DNA of 64,000 nucleotides, taken from NCBI GenBank assembly GCA_030704615.1, contig CM060732.1, positions 72,354,001 to 72,418,000 on the forward strand, in the 5' to 3' direction. Source of the stretch: Takakia lepidozioides (lineage: Eukaryota > Plantae > Bryophyta). The first letter of the stretch is position 1. The number at the start of each line of letters is the position of its first letter. The translations under genes and the position numbers were made by a program. The notes beneath the pieces are model-generated. The model worked only from the letters and a program-made list of their open reading frames with translations. It was not told where the DNA came from and did not search any database. Positions 13,126 through 25,642 of this stretch are shown in pieces.

Positions 13126-14440
13126 CGCACTTGCTTGGTCAACCACTTGCTTCACCAAGAGCAATCCAAGAACTCATAAAACTAGCAAAAACACTCTCTT
13201 CTAGCGCCTTAGCTTGCTTGTTTGTCAACCAAATGAAACCCCACTTGGCTTCATTTCACCATGGATAAAACAACCACTTCTTAGCTTCTCTTGAGCTACT
13301 CAATGCTCCTCAAGCTATGCTTGTTGTACTCCTTCTATGGTGTTTCTAACCCAAGCATGTGCCGCTCTTTGGCTTCTCTTTCACACCATGAACAACTAGA
13401 GTTTGCTCTTGAAACCCTAGTGTCTATCTTCTCCACACACAAGACGCTTCTCTTGTGATGCAAGAGCTCTTTTCCAAGCTCTCAAACCCTTGGTGCACAA
13501 TAATGCTTCTATAAACCCTCAATGCATTCTTTTTATCATAGAAGCCACTTCCTTGGCAAATGGTTGTCACAACACTTGAGATACAAGAGATGACACTCCT
13601 TCTCAAACTTTCAAACCTTTTGCTTCCACATACACAAAAATTTCTCCCTGCAATATCTCCTTGAGCTCTCCACCTCCTTGATGCAATGCAAACATACTCT
13701 TCCTTGCAACACCTCGCAAGCCTTGTGAGATACTTGAGCTTTTCCTAGCTCTCTCACTCCTTGGTGTACACCAACACAAGTGCTAAACTAATCCTTACAC
13801 TCCGCACTCACAAGCATAAGGTCATCTTCTTGTAGTGATAATGAAAGTGAACATAATGGAACCCTCCACTCATGAATCCACTCAATCACATAAACTAAGT
13901 CAAGCCAAGGGCACCCTTGCTAAAAGAATCCACCCTACAAAGCCCTCACCACACTCCCTCTCAATACTTAGAGCTATGGAGGTGAGAGAGGCTCATGGAG
14001 GCTCAACTACAAGAAGATGAACCATCCTCAACCCTCACAAGGGGAAAACCCATCCCCATGTCCCAAGTGAGGCTTGACACCTCACTTGGCATGTGAGACC
14101 AAATGAAGTTCCAACACACAAAATATAAATATAAATATCTAAAATGTCCTAGTTAACTAGAAGTAGGTAATTCTAGTTAACCATGACTAAAACCATGACA
14201 ACTTACTAAATTAGTAAGTAGTAAGAGGGGCGTCTCCTTTATGTAGCCTCTCGGGGGTGGTGGGACCTTCTAGAAGGCCCCTGGCATGTCACCCCTAGAA
14301 ACCTCCTTACCCAGATTTGGCGGAACCATCCTCGATTTAATATACGTTGTTGCCTTCCTGCCGTCTTTTTTTGGACCCCTCCATTTCTTGAAATCCCTCT
14401 ACATATGCCTTATTATATAGGCCCCCTTTTTAATTCCTGG

Positions 14441-14560
14441 ACCCCTCTAATTCCTGGACCACTCTAGAATGAACAGGACGACCCCTCTAATTCCTGGACC
14501 ACTCTAGAATGAACAGGACGATCTCTCTAATTCTTGGACCACTCTAGAATGAACAGGACT
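14441..14560. repeat. 40-bp tandem repeat x3
   Basis: ACCCCTCTAATTCCTGGACCACTCTAGAATGAACAGGACG at 14441, 14481 and 14521 (variant). Confidence 0.9.
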
Positions 14561-16946
14561 GCACATCAGCTGGTAAGTGCACAATGTGTCACCCTGGTGG
14601 TTTGGGGTCAAAACCCGCTGCCCTGCCTGGTGTGTGGATCATTCGTGACCGGTTGGTCTGGTGGTGACCCACCTGTGTGCCTAATGGGGTAACCTCCTCA
14701 AGGGCCTGAATTGTGAGCAGTCGCTCCCAGGTTTTTAAATTTAAATTAAAAAAAAAAAAAAAAACGGGCCCACCCAAACTTGAGAGGTTTATTTAGTTGT
14801 TGCACCCTTGTAGCAGCACCGAGTAAGATAGGTGGACCCGAGCTACTTCTCAATTTACAAGGAAAGGAATTTGGTTGACTAGAGTACTGGATGACAAATA
14901 AATCTTATTCCATTTTCATTTTCATATTCCATTTTCAATGGAATCATAATGAGTTTGTCAATAGGGACAGTTTCTGAGGCTGATGAGTCTTGATGGCAGG
15001 GTCCTTGAAGTAAAAGTAAGCTGAAATTGCTTGACTGTCCAGAGTGTTATCTCTGATAATTTCGGATTCAGGGTGAGTAGACTTGTATGTTATGCAGAGA
15101 AATGCACACACTTTTTGATCAGGAGTTTTAGTCATGGACCTAGTACACGGAAGTGTGGACGATATTCAACGAGCCCAGGTCTATGGAGGTGAACTGCTCT
15201 TTGGCTATGTGCCTTAGAGCCCAGTGACCAAGGTCTACAGATATATCACAGCTACCTTCATAAACATCAGAATGCTTTCAAATGTGGAACCCATAACTGT
15301 GACATTCAGATCCAGGCTACTGAGGAGATGGTCCCATGGAATTCGGGAAAGAACCATGGTTTGTAGATAGTGAACATCAGTGTTGTTGCAAATCTGCATA
15401 CACTTATTCTATCATTGGAAAGATGCTGTTCTGGACGGCATGTGGATGAATGTCCTCGACCTCTATCCTTCCTTTTCGTGGTGTAACTTACAGTAATTTC
15501 CATATCCTGTTGGGCTTGTATGCCTCATGCTCATAAATGAAAGGTGGTTAATTTTCCCCCCTCCTCTTGTAATGAAAAAAGTAAGGAAAAAAGAGAGTCG
15601 TAGGCAGACAGTGGACAGGCTTTACCGTGGATCTGTGTGTGTGTAAGACTAGAGGTTGGTATGGACCACTTGAGGTGTAAGCACCGTGCGCGAGCTCATG
15701 AGGCAGTGAACTGCCCTCGGTAGCTCCAGCCATCTTCCTCCGGTAGTGAGAAGATGGACGCAAAAGGAAACCACACATTGCAAGGCTGAATATAATTCAA
15801 GACAACTAAAACTATCGCATGATATATGGCTGGTGCAAGATTGTGGGATGTAGGTTCAGTCGTCATACTTCTAATATGACTTATTGGACTGAGCAGCATA
15901 AATTGTCAGGGGATGCCGTATCGGGCCAATTCCATAAATGAGCTTACTTTACTACTTTGTACAACTAGACCTGTTCAAAGCATATTGACCGTTTGAGGCT
16001 GCATGCCATGCAAATCTGGTGCAGCTGTGGATAGGACGAGACTTTTAAGCTCTTTAGTGGGTCCCTTGGACCAGCACGCAAGAAACTTTTGTAATTTCAA
16101 GCTGACCATCCTCTGGGTCTGAGTCCCCTCAAAATGCTCTTGGGTCAGAGAAATCCCCCTCAACCCCAATGGGGCATACCGTCTAGAGTCCTTTAATCAG
16201 GAACAAATGGGAACGTAAGATTATGGTGTCTCTTCAGGGTCAGCCTGAAGGACTATTCCCTTGCTGTTGGGAAGTGGACAGCTTCTAAATGGTCGTAAAG
16301 GGCCACCTTCTAACAGTCATACGGACCAATATGCTTGCCCCAATGCCAAAGCCCCGAAGTCGCTATGCGAAACTTGCTTTTGCTCCTAAATCATGTAATA
16401 GGCACACACCTGCCTGCTGCAACAATCTCTTGGGCTCAGCATGAATTCCCTCAACCTGTGTATGTAGTTCGTCTTCACAAAGCTAACAATGCACCCATAG
16501 ATTTAGGGGTGGATGCACCATCTCTGCTGCCATTTGAGGGTACAATTTATTTCATTTGCATTCTGGCCTTGGTCTTTTAAGAGATACTATTGGATATTGG
16601 TTGTGACAGCTTATGTCATAAGACGGGCATGAAAGTTGAGTAGTGCCTTCTTTGGAGTCCAGATGTAAACACCAACAAGCAAGGCATCCCTCTGAAACAC
16701 AAATATCAAGACAGATAATCATCATGCCTAGCCAATTTGAATGTCAGAAAATCTAAAGATAATGTAGGGAGTCTACAAATGAAACAGTCCCATGAAATAG
16801 ATCCCACACTGACCTGAAAAGATCCTCCTCAATCTACAAGATTTCCCCTAGTAAGAAACTTAAGAGACACATAACCTGGACAAAACTGGTTACTGTGGGA
16901 AGTGTTGCTCCCACAGTATGCGGCACAACGAAGAGAATCCAAGAAC

Positions 16947-19900
16947 TCAGAAGCGAGGGCTTGGCCTTGTCTGGCCTCCATGGGTCAAACTCACCATGCG
17001 ACCACTAGCATCAGCCTGCACACCTCGGTTGGCACCGATAGATGAGGCAGGTCCTGTCTGGTAGGGTGTACGACCAACACTACTGTAAGCATCCTGGTAT
17101 CGTGTACTCTGGTACCCTGAATTGCTGCTGCGTCCACCTGTCTGGCCTGACCGTTGGTCTCTGTAGTTGTCTCTCCCACCTCTACCTTGGCCCCCTGCTC
17201 TTGAACCACTATAGTTGGACCGACCACCACCACCACCACCACCACCGTACCCAGAATACCCACCCTGTCTTTCACGACCACCGCCAGAACCGTCAGCCCC
17301 ACGCCAGCCAGAGGCAGCATTAGCATAATCTTGTCCATCCTTGCGTCTGCCCATCGACATGCCCTCCAAACCACCACCACCTGTGTGTGCATCAAAAGCC
17401 CTCTCATTGCCATCCACAAGAACCGTCAGCTTCTCTGCAAACTGGGCTGCCAGGGCTTGCAGCCTGCTAGGATCCACATTGTGCATAACGATACTCCGGG
17501 TAGGTTGATCCCAGCTAGCATGAAGCTCTTCTGCAATCATCATCTTGCTAACAATGCTATGTACATGGGCCTCGGGCAACTCAAACATGGTCATTAGCTG
17601 ATCTAAGCTCAACGAATCGTAGTATGAGGAGAATGTGAAGAGGTAAGTGCGAAGAGCCTCCTCCTGAATTTTGCTTTTCAGCATCTCCAGAACAAACTCC
17701 CTTTTCGCTAGCAGCTTCCACACATCCAGGCCTTGAGTAACTTCCACTGCCTTCTGCCAGTTGCCCTTCCCAAGGGAGCGGGTGGCAGCCATAACATGGT
17801 CGCGCACATTCTCAGGGGGACCAGTGAAGGTTTGCCGCTCATTGATGTCAAGCAAACGACGGAAAGGCTTGCTGATCACCTTGCGTTTGATGTCATGGGC
17901 GTTGAGAGCCATGTTGGGCACCTCCAGCAACATGGCACAGATCAAGTGAACGGCTTCCAAAAGCTCTAAATTGATATGCATGTGGAATGGCATTTGTCGT
18001 CTGCGTTCAAGCTTTTCCTGCAAATTCCCAACACCTAATTGCTTAATTTCCGTTTCAACAAAGCATGAGACTCTTTCTACAGTTAATAGAAACAGCAGTC
18101 AACATCCTTAGATTGATGACCTTTTCAATATGAAATCTCCCAACATTACAAAATCACCATGTCCCTAATGACACTGTAGGTATTGTCAAACTCACCTTTG
18201 TCAAATCAGTCACCAAGGAGAAGTAGGAAAAGCAGATTTGCATATGCATATGGCACACTCAAACCCAATTAGAAAGTATCCATGATGAGATACAGACAGC
18301 TTCATTCATTACCCTTCAGCAGCATCCAAATACCTCCCAGATACTATGGTGCCAAATCAGCTCGTACACTTTCATGAAACCTAATCTACTAAGGTGATGA
18401 AAGTTCTTGTTGTTAATTACCTGTTCTGGGTTCTTCTCATGATAACGACTCTGAGAAACTCCTTGAGCTAGCAACTCCTTCACCCGACCCCCTGCATAAA
18501 GCTCCGAGAGACAGCCATGGGCTTCAGTGATGAGAGAGGCCCGGAAAGCACACAAACCCAGCTGTGCCATTGCACGATTGAACAATATTTGAGTTGACAC
18601 GTCCATGTGCTGCACAGAGTCTTGCAAGTGGCTCATCAAAAGTAAATCCCTTGCAGTGTGGAACTCCTCAGAAATTGCATGCTGATAAATGTCACACAGC
18701 ATAGCTCGAGCCTTTGTTCGCTCATCCCCATGCTTATAAATTGTGCTGACAAGCTGAACCATCAATGCCCTGCTTAGATCAGGAAATGATGACCTGCGCG
18801 GTACAATCTCCGGGGTGACCACAAATGCTGGGGGTCCTTTGATTTCCACAGGTAGCTTTACAGCACCAGCCAATTTTCCATTCTCGTCAAAATCTTCTCC
18901 ATCTGGTCCTGCTGTATCACTCTCAGCAGCCACAGCATCCGGTTGGGCTTGGATCTCTGCAAGCTTCCTCATTGCCTCATAAACTTCTTGAGGTTTGTAA
19001 TAGACATGCTCACACCGTCGCAGGGCTACTCTTGAAGCAGCTTTCATATCAGACAGCCGCTCCACATACTGTTGCACATTTTGGGCGAGTACCATAAACA
19101 GGGGTTCGTCCCGTAGCCGCTCCACATACTCTTTGGTGTGTGGATCAATGCACTGCAGACTCTTGAAAAGCTCATCATCTATACGTTCTAAAAACGCCAC
19201 AACATTTCCCCACACATGAATAGGCCCTTCGTGATCTGCCCCTTTTTGAGTCTCATTCTCTGATTCGGGTTCTGAAGTTTCATCCATTACAATATTTGGA
19301 TACTGAGCCAGAATATCCAGAATGACCAGCACATTTTGCACACATTTCTTCCACACTTGAATTGGCATGTGGGTGTTGAGACTAGGGTTTACATCAAACT
19401 GGGCAGACACAACATGCACCATCACCTCCAGTTTCTGGGCAGGAGTCTTGGCTACCCGAGCTAGGTAGGAGAGCTGCTCAACTTGCTCTGCGCGGTCCGT
19501 TCCCTTGCGCCCACGCGCTGAAATAATTTCCTTCATCTTCTTGTCAACCATATCCCATGATATCTCACTAGGATCCCTCTTGAATTGCCTTTCCATCGCA
19601 GTGTCCCTCCGACTTTTCTTCTCTTCCCAACCCCCTTGCTCGTCATCACCCCCTTCCCCATCCTCTTCATCAGAATCAGAGTAAACACCAGCAATTTTTC
19701 CAGGCTCTTCGTCACTGAAGTCCCCACCAGAATCCTCCTCTTCCTCCTCGTCCTCATCAGCATTAACATCCTCCTCAGACTCTGGTTTGGACCGAAACTT
19801 CTCAATCTCAGTTTCATAAAGCTTGTTGTTTTTTTTCAACTTTTGCTTCATGTAGTTAAGGGCCTTGGCATTGCTTGGGCTCATTTTCTTCTTGGCCTCT

Positions 19901-20583
19901 TTGTTGGCAAACGCCTGCGCAAGGAAGTCTTCCAACATTACAAGTGCCTTAATGTAGAGGCGAGGGGCAGTTTCAGACTCGGCAGCTCGATTAACTTTCT
20001 CAAGCTGCTTGTTGAGCCGATCAAAGCTTTCTTGCAGCTGTACCCAGTCATTTATTTTTATGTGGTTCTTCATCTGCTCTGTGGTGAGGGCCATCTCATC
20101 GAATCGCTTATCCTTGGCAGACCGAACCACCCGTCGCTGGTCATCGGATTCATCACTGTCACTAAGATTGTCACGCAAATACTTGGATCCCGCAGCTCCC
20201 CCTGCTCCACCCTCTCCGCCACCTCCCACAGGCGTTTCCTCCTCCACATCGCTGGGAATTTCCTCCTCACTCTCACTGTCACTCTGCATTTCCCCGTGCC
20301 AGACACCCATCTCAAAACCCACATACAGGACCTTGAAGCCATGGTTTTGAAAGCTAATTAGCTTGCAACAACATCTACTGCTTCCTTCCCCGCTGCACAT
20401 CAGCAGACTTTGACAGACTAAGGCATATCCCGAACGAATTGACCACCGCAGGCAAAATCACCACTTCCCCTGGAAATAGACATTCTTCACATGGAAAAGA
20501 AAAACTGCCAAAGAATTGAACCACACGCAGGGGGAACATCTACAGCAATTACTTACATTCTGCGTCCAGAATCGTGACGCCAT
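16947..20583 (-). CDS. eIF3c: Eukaryotic translation initiation factor 3 subunit C; exons 20583-20557, 20283-18421, 18017-16947 (~986 aa)
   Basis: MASRFWTQN|SDSESEEE start; [46 protein letters not shown] domain, RG-rich tail. GT-AG introns keep the frame. Confidence 0.95.
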
Positions 20584-20856
20584 CGCTGCCGAATCTGCGC
20601 CTCAGCCAGAGCAGGAAGCTTTAGGGCCCGCTGGGGGGAAGACGAAAGAGACAGCCCTAAGTAATTCTTCAATTTTGAGGCAGGCAGGTCAGCTTGCGCC
20701 GGTCCGGGTTTTGTGGTCGGGCAGGTCACGAAAAAGACAAGATCCCCAGACCCGCTTTGGAAAAACATTTTCTTTATCTGACCAAGGATTATATTTTCGG
20801 TGCAGAACTTTCGCTAGAGTTCTCAGGGGCTGTCTGTGCAAAGAGCGAGGTCGGCG
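20584..20856. promoter_or_regulatory. Short divergent intergenic region (putative bidirectional promoter)
   Basis: 273 bp between the eIF3c ATG (20583, -) and the first ATG of the nucleotidyltransferase (20857, +). Function inferred from geometry only. Confidence 0.4.
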
Positions 20857-22904
20857 ATGGTGAACGAGGAGGTGAGAGCGGTGGAGCACAACAGCCTGGC
20901 TGGAGCGTTTCTGCAGGGATCCACCCCTTGCAAGCGGGAGCATATCGATGAGGAACATTACTCGCAAGCAGGAGGACCTTCGTGGAAAAAGAGGGCCTTG
21001 GAACGAGCCTTAGATGCGCAAGGGGTGCAGTTGCTGAATGTGGTGCAACACGGTAGCCTGGCTGCACCGTCTCTGCAGGAACCCATCCTTTCCAATGATG
21101 AGCTCATCGATGGGATACAGTGCTCGGAAGCAGGAGAAGATTTGGGCATCACAGAGTTGATTGACGAGGACGTGGAGGTGCTGAATGTGGTGCAACACGG
21201 TAGCCTGGCTGCACCATCTCTGCAGCAACCCGTCCTTTCCAATGATGAGATCATCGATGGGATACAGTGCTCGGAAGCAGGAGAAGTTTTAGGTGTCACA
21301 GAATTGATTGACGAGGACGTGGAGTTGCTGAATGTGGTGCAACACGGTAGCCTGGCTGCACCGTCTCTGCAGGAACCCGTCCTTTCCAATGGTGATCTCA
21401 TCGATGGGATACGTACTCCGTAGCAGGAGCATTTTCGCGTATCACAGACGTGATTGACGAGGAGGTGGTGGTGCTGAATGTGGTGGAGCACAGTAGCCTG
21501 GCAGCGCCGTGTCTGCGCTCATCTTCCCCTGACATCTATGGGAAAATGTGGGCTTTGCATCAAGCGTTTGGTGTGGCGAAGAAGGAAGTTGCAGCAGCAA
21601 AAGCAGCGAACGCTGATGAGCAGGCGTGGCGCATCAGGGAGGTGATGAATTTGGTGCAGAAATGCCACAAAGGTGTGGCCACAAAGGAGTTTTCTAGTCT
21701 ACATTATGGGATAGTGAAATTCTCCCAAGATTATGAGCCTACTCCTCAAGAGGTGCGAAACAGAGAGGCCGCATTGGAGTATGTGACACACGCAGTTCAG
21801 GAGCTGTGGCCGGACGTTCATGTGTGCCCGTTTGGCTCGACATACACGGGGCTGGCGCTGCCGTGCAGTGACATCGATGTCACACTGTGCCCGCAAAGTT
21901 CGCGATGGAAGAAGCATGAGACAAGGAAGCGGCTGGCTGCATTGAGCCGCCTTGTGCATTTGCACAACACATGCCTCACTGTGAAGCAGATCCCACATGC
22001 GAAGGTGCCCCTTCTTAAGCTGGTGTTAAAGAATGGCATTGCATGTGATATTTCATTCGATGTGCCAAATGGACCCCGCGCTGTGTCCGTGATACGTCAG
22101 CTTGTGTAGCGGTATCAAGCACTGCCCCCTATCTGCCTGGTTTTGAAGGCGTTCCTGAGGCAGAATAACTTGAATGAAGTGTACACGGGTGGCATCAGCA
22201 GCTCTGCCCTGACCATCATGGTGGTCAGTCATTTACAGACCTTTGATGGAGGGTTAGGTCGGGACTTGGGGGAGCTGTTGCAAACCTTTTTCCTGCACTA
22301 CACTTTTTTGCATAATTATCGCAAAGATGTAGTGTGCACGAGGCCTGGTGTGAGTCTCTCCAAGGAGGCAAGGGGTTGGACATATGTAGGCCCTATGCTT
22401 CTTGCAGTGGAGGATCTACTCGACCCCAGTGTTGACGTCGGAAGAAGTTCCTTCAGAGTGAAGGAGATGCGGAACAAGTTTTGCACTGCAATGACTGTGA
22501 TCTGTGAATACTGGGCTGAGGATGATGTCTTGTCTCGATTGATCAATACATGCAGGAGCAGCAATGCAAGCAGGCAGGGAAGAAATGGGGAAGGCGCAGC
22601 ACTCGCAAAGTGGCGACTTGGGAGATTTGGCAAACAGTACAATGTCAGGTTGCAAAAATGGAATGCGAAAGAAAAGAAAAGCAGGCAAGGGAAGAGAGGG
22701 AAGGTTACGCATGCTGCACGCTATCTTTCTAAATCTCAGAAGAGAGATCTTAAAAGGAGGAGAAACCAGCAAGAGGACTTTGCTGACAAGCAGGAAGAGG
22801 GTTCTCCCTCTCAGAAGAAGAGAAAGAAACGAAGACAAAAAGTAGGCAAACAATGTGCTCACAAAAGGGGCATGGCTTCCGTAGACAAGATACAAGAATA
22901 TTGA
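20857..22904 (+). pseudogene. Intronless TRF4/PAP2-like non-canonical poly(A) polymerase, disabled
   Basis: FGSTYTGLALPCSDIDV, AKVPLLK, CDISF, LNEVYTGGISS, LAVEDLLDP..DVGRSSF, basic tail. 1-bp deletion at ~21413 and in-frame TAG at 22107-22109. Confidence 0.85.
21025..21510 (+). repeat. 147-bp (49-aa) coding tandem repeat, ~3.3 copies
   Basis: (T/G)TGCTGAATGTGGTG starts at 21031, 21178, 21325 and 21471 (periods 147, 147, 146). Confidence 0.9.
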
Positions 22905-25642
22905 ATGGACCACAGATCCTCATTGATGTACTGGTATGTTGCAGTCCTTCTCTTGCCCACTGCTCCTGCTCTTGCCTACTGCCTATTGTGTGCTTGAAGA
23001 AGTTACAAGCATTTATGGGGGTGCCTCATACATCATTTCTAGACAGTCCAGCTCTTGCCTATCTCTCTTTGGCATGACAAGCCCATATCCATCTAAGAGT
23101 TGCAGGGTTCATGTGGGTATTACACCTGTTATGCTGACGTTACCTGCAAGTACTATCCAATAACCTTCGCCTCTCATCTCAAGAGGGGCCACATCTTAAC
23201 TGCTGTAAATATGCATGATAAAGGACTTCTGTCTCCAGGAAACTGTCAAATTTGTGGGATAGCAGCACTGAATGCTAGCTATTGTTCACAACAGTACATG
23301 CATAAGTCTTCTTTTCTTCCTCCTTTGCCAGGGCATTAAGTTGCTGTATCCACAAGGCGGCACTCCTAACCAGCACACCACTCTGACGCCAACTGTAAGC
23401 GATCTCCTTGTCCAATCTAGTGTATTTACATTTTAATGGGTGTCAGCAGCAATTATCAAGCATGAACCTCAATCTGGATTTATCTCATCGGTGCTTTGTA
23501 CTACTTTTCAACGCGAGGTTCCTTGATATCATGGCTGGTGTGAAGGTTAAGCAGGGCAGAATGGGGTTTTTGTTCTGACAACATAAAATGTGACACAGTC
23601 TGAGTTTTGGATACCCCTGTATCCCTTAAATTGTTCCAGGAGGAGACGTGTACATTCTGGGCACAAACATACGTGTACGTAAATATGCAATTCTTTCACA
23701 TTGTTACAACAGGGACAAATCCAAGGTTGGTGGTTGAACGCCTATGGTCAGACCAAGTTGGTTGATAATTTGCTAGCAGAAGTTGCCCACATTTCCAGCT
23801 GGACAGTGACCACATTCTCATCATCGTTAGTTTACTGAAAGTCAGTTGGAAGAAATGTAGTTGGACAAATTGCCCAAATGAAGGATGTTATCGATTGTGA
23901 GAGAGGTGATTTTATACGGTGCAAAATTTAGCTCCACACGCAGCCTTGCAAGACTTGCAAATGAGAAGCCTCTTTCCATCATCTACACTTGTGCCATCAT
24001 ATCACACCCAACTACACCCACCGACATCCAAAGTTCCCTCAGGCAGGTGTACTGCAATGAAGGTGCAGTGGCCATCCACGTCTGTGCTAACAGCCAACGG
24101 TACAACATTGCTGGGCCCACTCATATATGCCTTGCAATGTAGCTGCTAATTGAACATACCTGCAATGTTGCAACTTCATGGCCTACATCAAAGAAAATTT
24201 TGTTCTAGCACCAAATCCTCACTCTAAAAGTAATGTAGGCTACACCACAACAGTGCAAGATAGTCTCTCAAGAGTTCACGGAGTACAGCGAACTTAGGGA
24301 GTAGTCTTCACACTTCCTAACAAGAGAACCAAAGAGAGTCATCACCCTCCTCCCCCTCGCGAGGCGCACCTTATGGAATTTATAGAACTCAAAACAAATG
24401 CATGGAATACAATGTGCAAGCCTTGCCAGATTGTAGTTACAAATCGGTTGTAAGATGATTGAGAGAGAGAGAAGACTCCGGCCGAGGCCGGCATAACTAA
24501 GAGCCACTTCGCCTTGCCGCTACTGCCCCTTTTCAGGGGTGGGCCATGATTATTGACATAATTTGGAAGTGAATGTTAAATAAATGGTTTGTGGTCGGGC
24601 CAATAATATGCTTCTTTTGTTCCATACAAACAATGTTGCATAGGTGAATTAATCCATATATGATCTAATTGAGAATTATAATATGTCGTAGGTTCATTGA
24701 ATGTAAGATAAAAGCTGTAGTTTCTCATGAATGAATGAAGTGAGTGAGATTCTCTGGGCAAGTGATAAAAGAGGCCCGGGAGTTGATTGCTGCCTCAGCG
24801 GGCCTGCCTGCATGGCCCCACCCCACCCTCTGCCTCGCCCCCCCTCGCGGCCTGCGGTCGCCGCGCTTGGCGGCCACCTCCCGCTCCACCCGCTGCCCCC
24901 GCGCAGGGTCCATTGCTCGCAAAAATACTGCCACACATTCTCACTCAGTATTATTGTATTGCACACATCCATCATGTATGCCCCATGAATGCAAGAAATA
25001 CATTCATCACATCATGACATTGCCATCATACAGTTTTATATGTGTGCACATGGCTCACATATTGGAGACCGTCAACATTCAAATTTAAAATTTGAAACAG
25101 CATTGAATGTATCTCCAAAACGAATGGACGTCATTTAGCGGATGATTGTTGTCATCCAGGTTATGGACCACCTGTCCCCAGGTCTTCGTCCTCTCATTCT
25201 GTGTCTCCGAAATTGTGTTCTCGTTTTGAAGAAGGCTTGCTGTTGCCTTGTGCTTTCTCTGTGTGCTTCGACTTGCTTCCCGAAAGACATGTCTGCAAAT
25301 GAGAGAACTGAAGAGTTTGTCCCTCCTGCTGTGCCCCATCTGATCCATATGCTTCGAAACCAGCTTCAATCTCCGACCGCAAGTGGCAGGTGCTTTCAAT
25401 CACAGTGACGCAAGCATCATTACACCTGCATAAAGGCAGGTTCACACTTTGTTCATCTTCTAATGTGAGTTCCTCAAGATCTCAACATGTCAAGGTCAAA
25501 ATCTTGATATTGCAGGTATGCTCCACATGTTTCAGACTAGACACTTATGTTTCAGTTGTAAAAAGAGGAACTGGTAAGCCGAAAGACTGGAAGTCTGAAT
25601 GTTTTATGTATGCTTGATTCCTGGCCGTTCTGTTGATCACAG

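Larger units (their letters stand above)
10200..14250 (-). repeat. Probable 5' LTR/UTR of the second Gypsy element, with short degenerate tandem repeats (10440-11010)
   Basis: Non-coding, C/T-biased region upstream of gag. Repeated GGCCTTCAAGGACCCCAAA-like and TGTTCCCA units. Boundaries not resolved. Confidence 0.35.

Noticed and set aside
11670-13140. Target-site duplication around the non-autonomous element
   Set aside because: Left flank GCTCCACA and right flank CGCACTTG do not match.
14880-16600. Possible gene fragments here and at 23000-24250 and 36900-38000
   Set aside because: No recognisable motifs or sustained reading frames; left unannotated.
19585-20361. 258-aa plus-strand ORF and other long antisense ORFs over eIF3c, PPR and the LINE
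   Set aside because: Shadow ORFs of real coding sequence with no recognisable motifs.
22107-22109. TAG stops rescued by U-to-C editing or read-through
   Set aside because: Such editing is organellar. C-to-T decay in methylated nuclear DNA explains this and similar stops, and a frameshift is also present.
24520-24545. Helitron 3' hairpin CCCCT-GAAA-AGGGG
   Set aside because: Only a 5-bp stem and no clear CTRR end; too weak to call the terminus.
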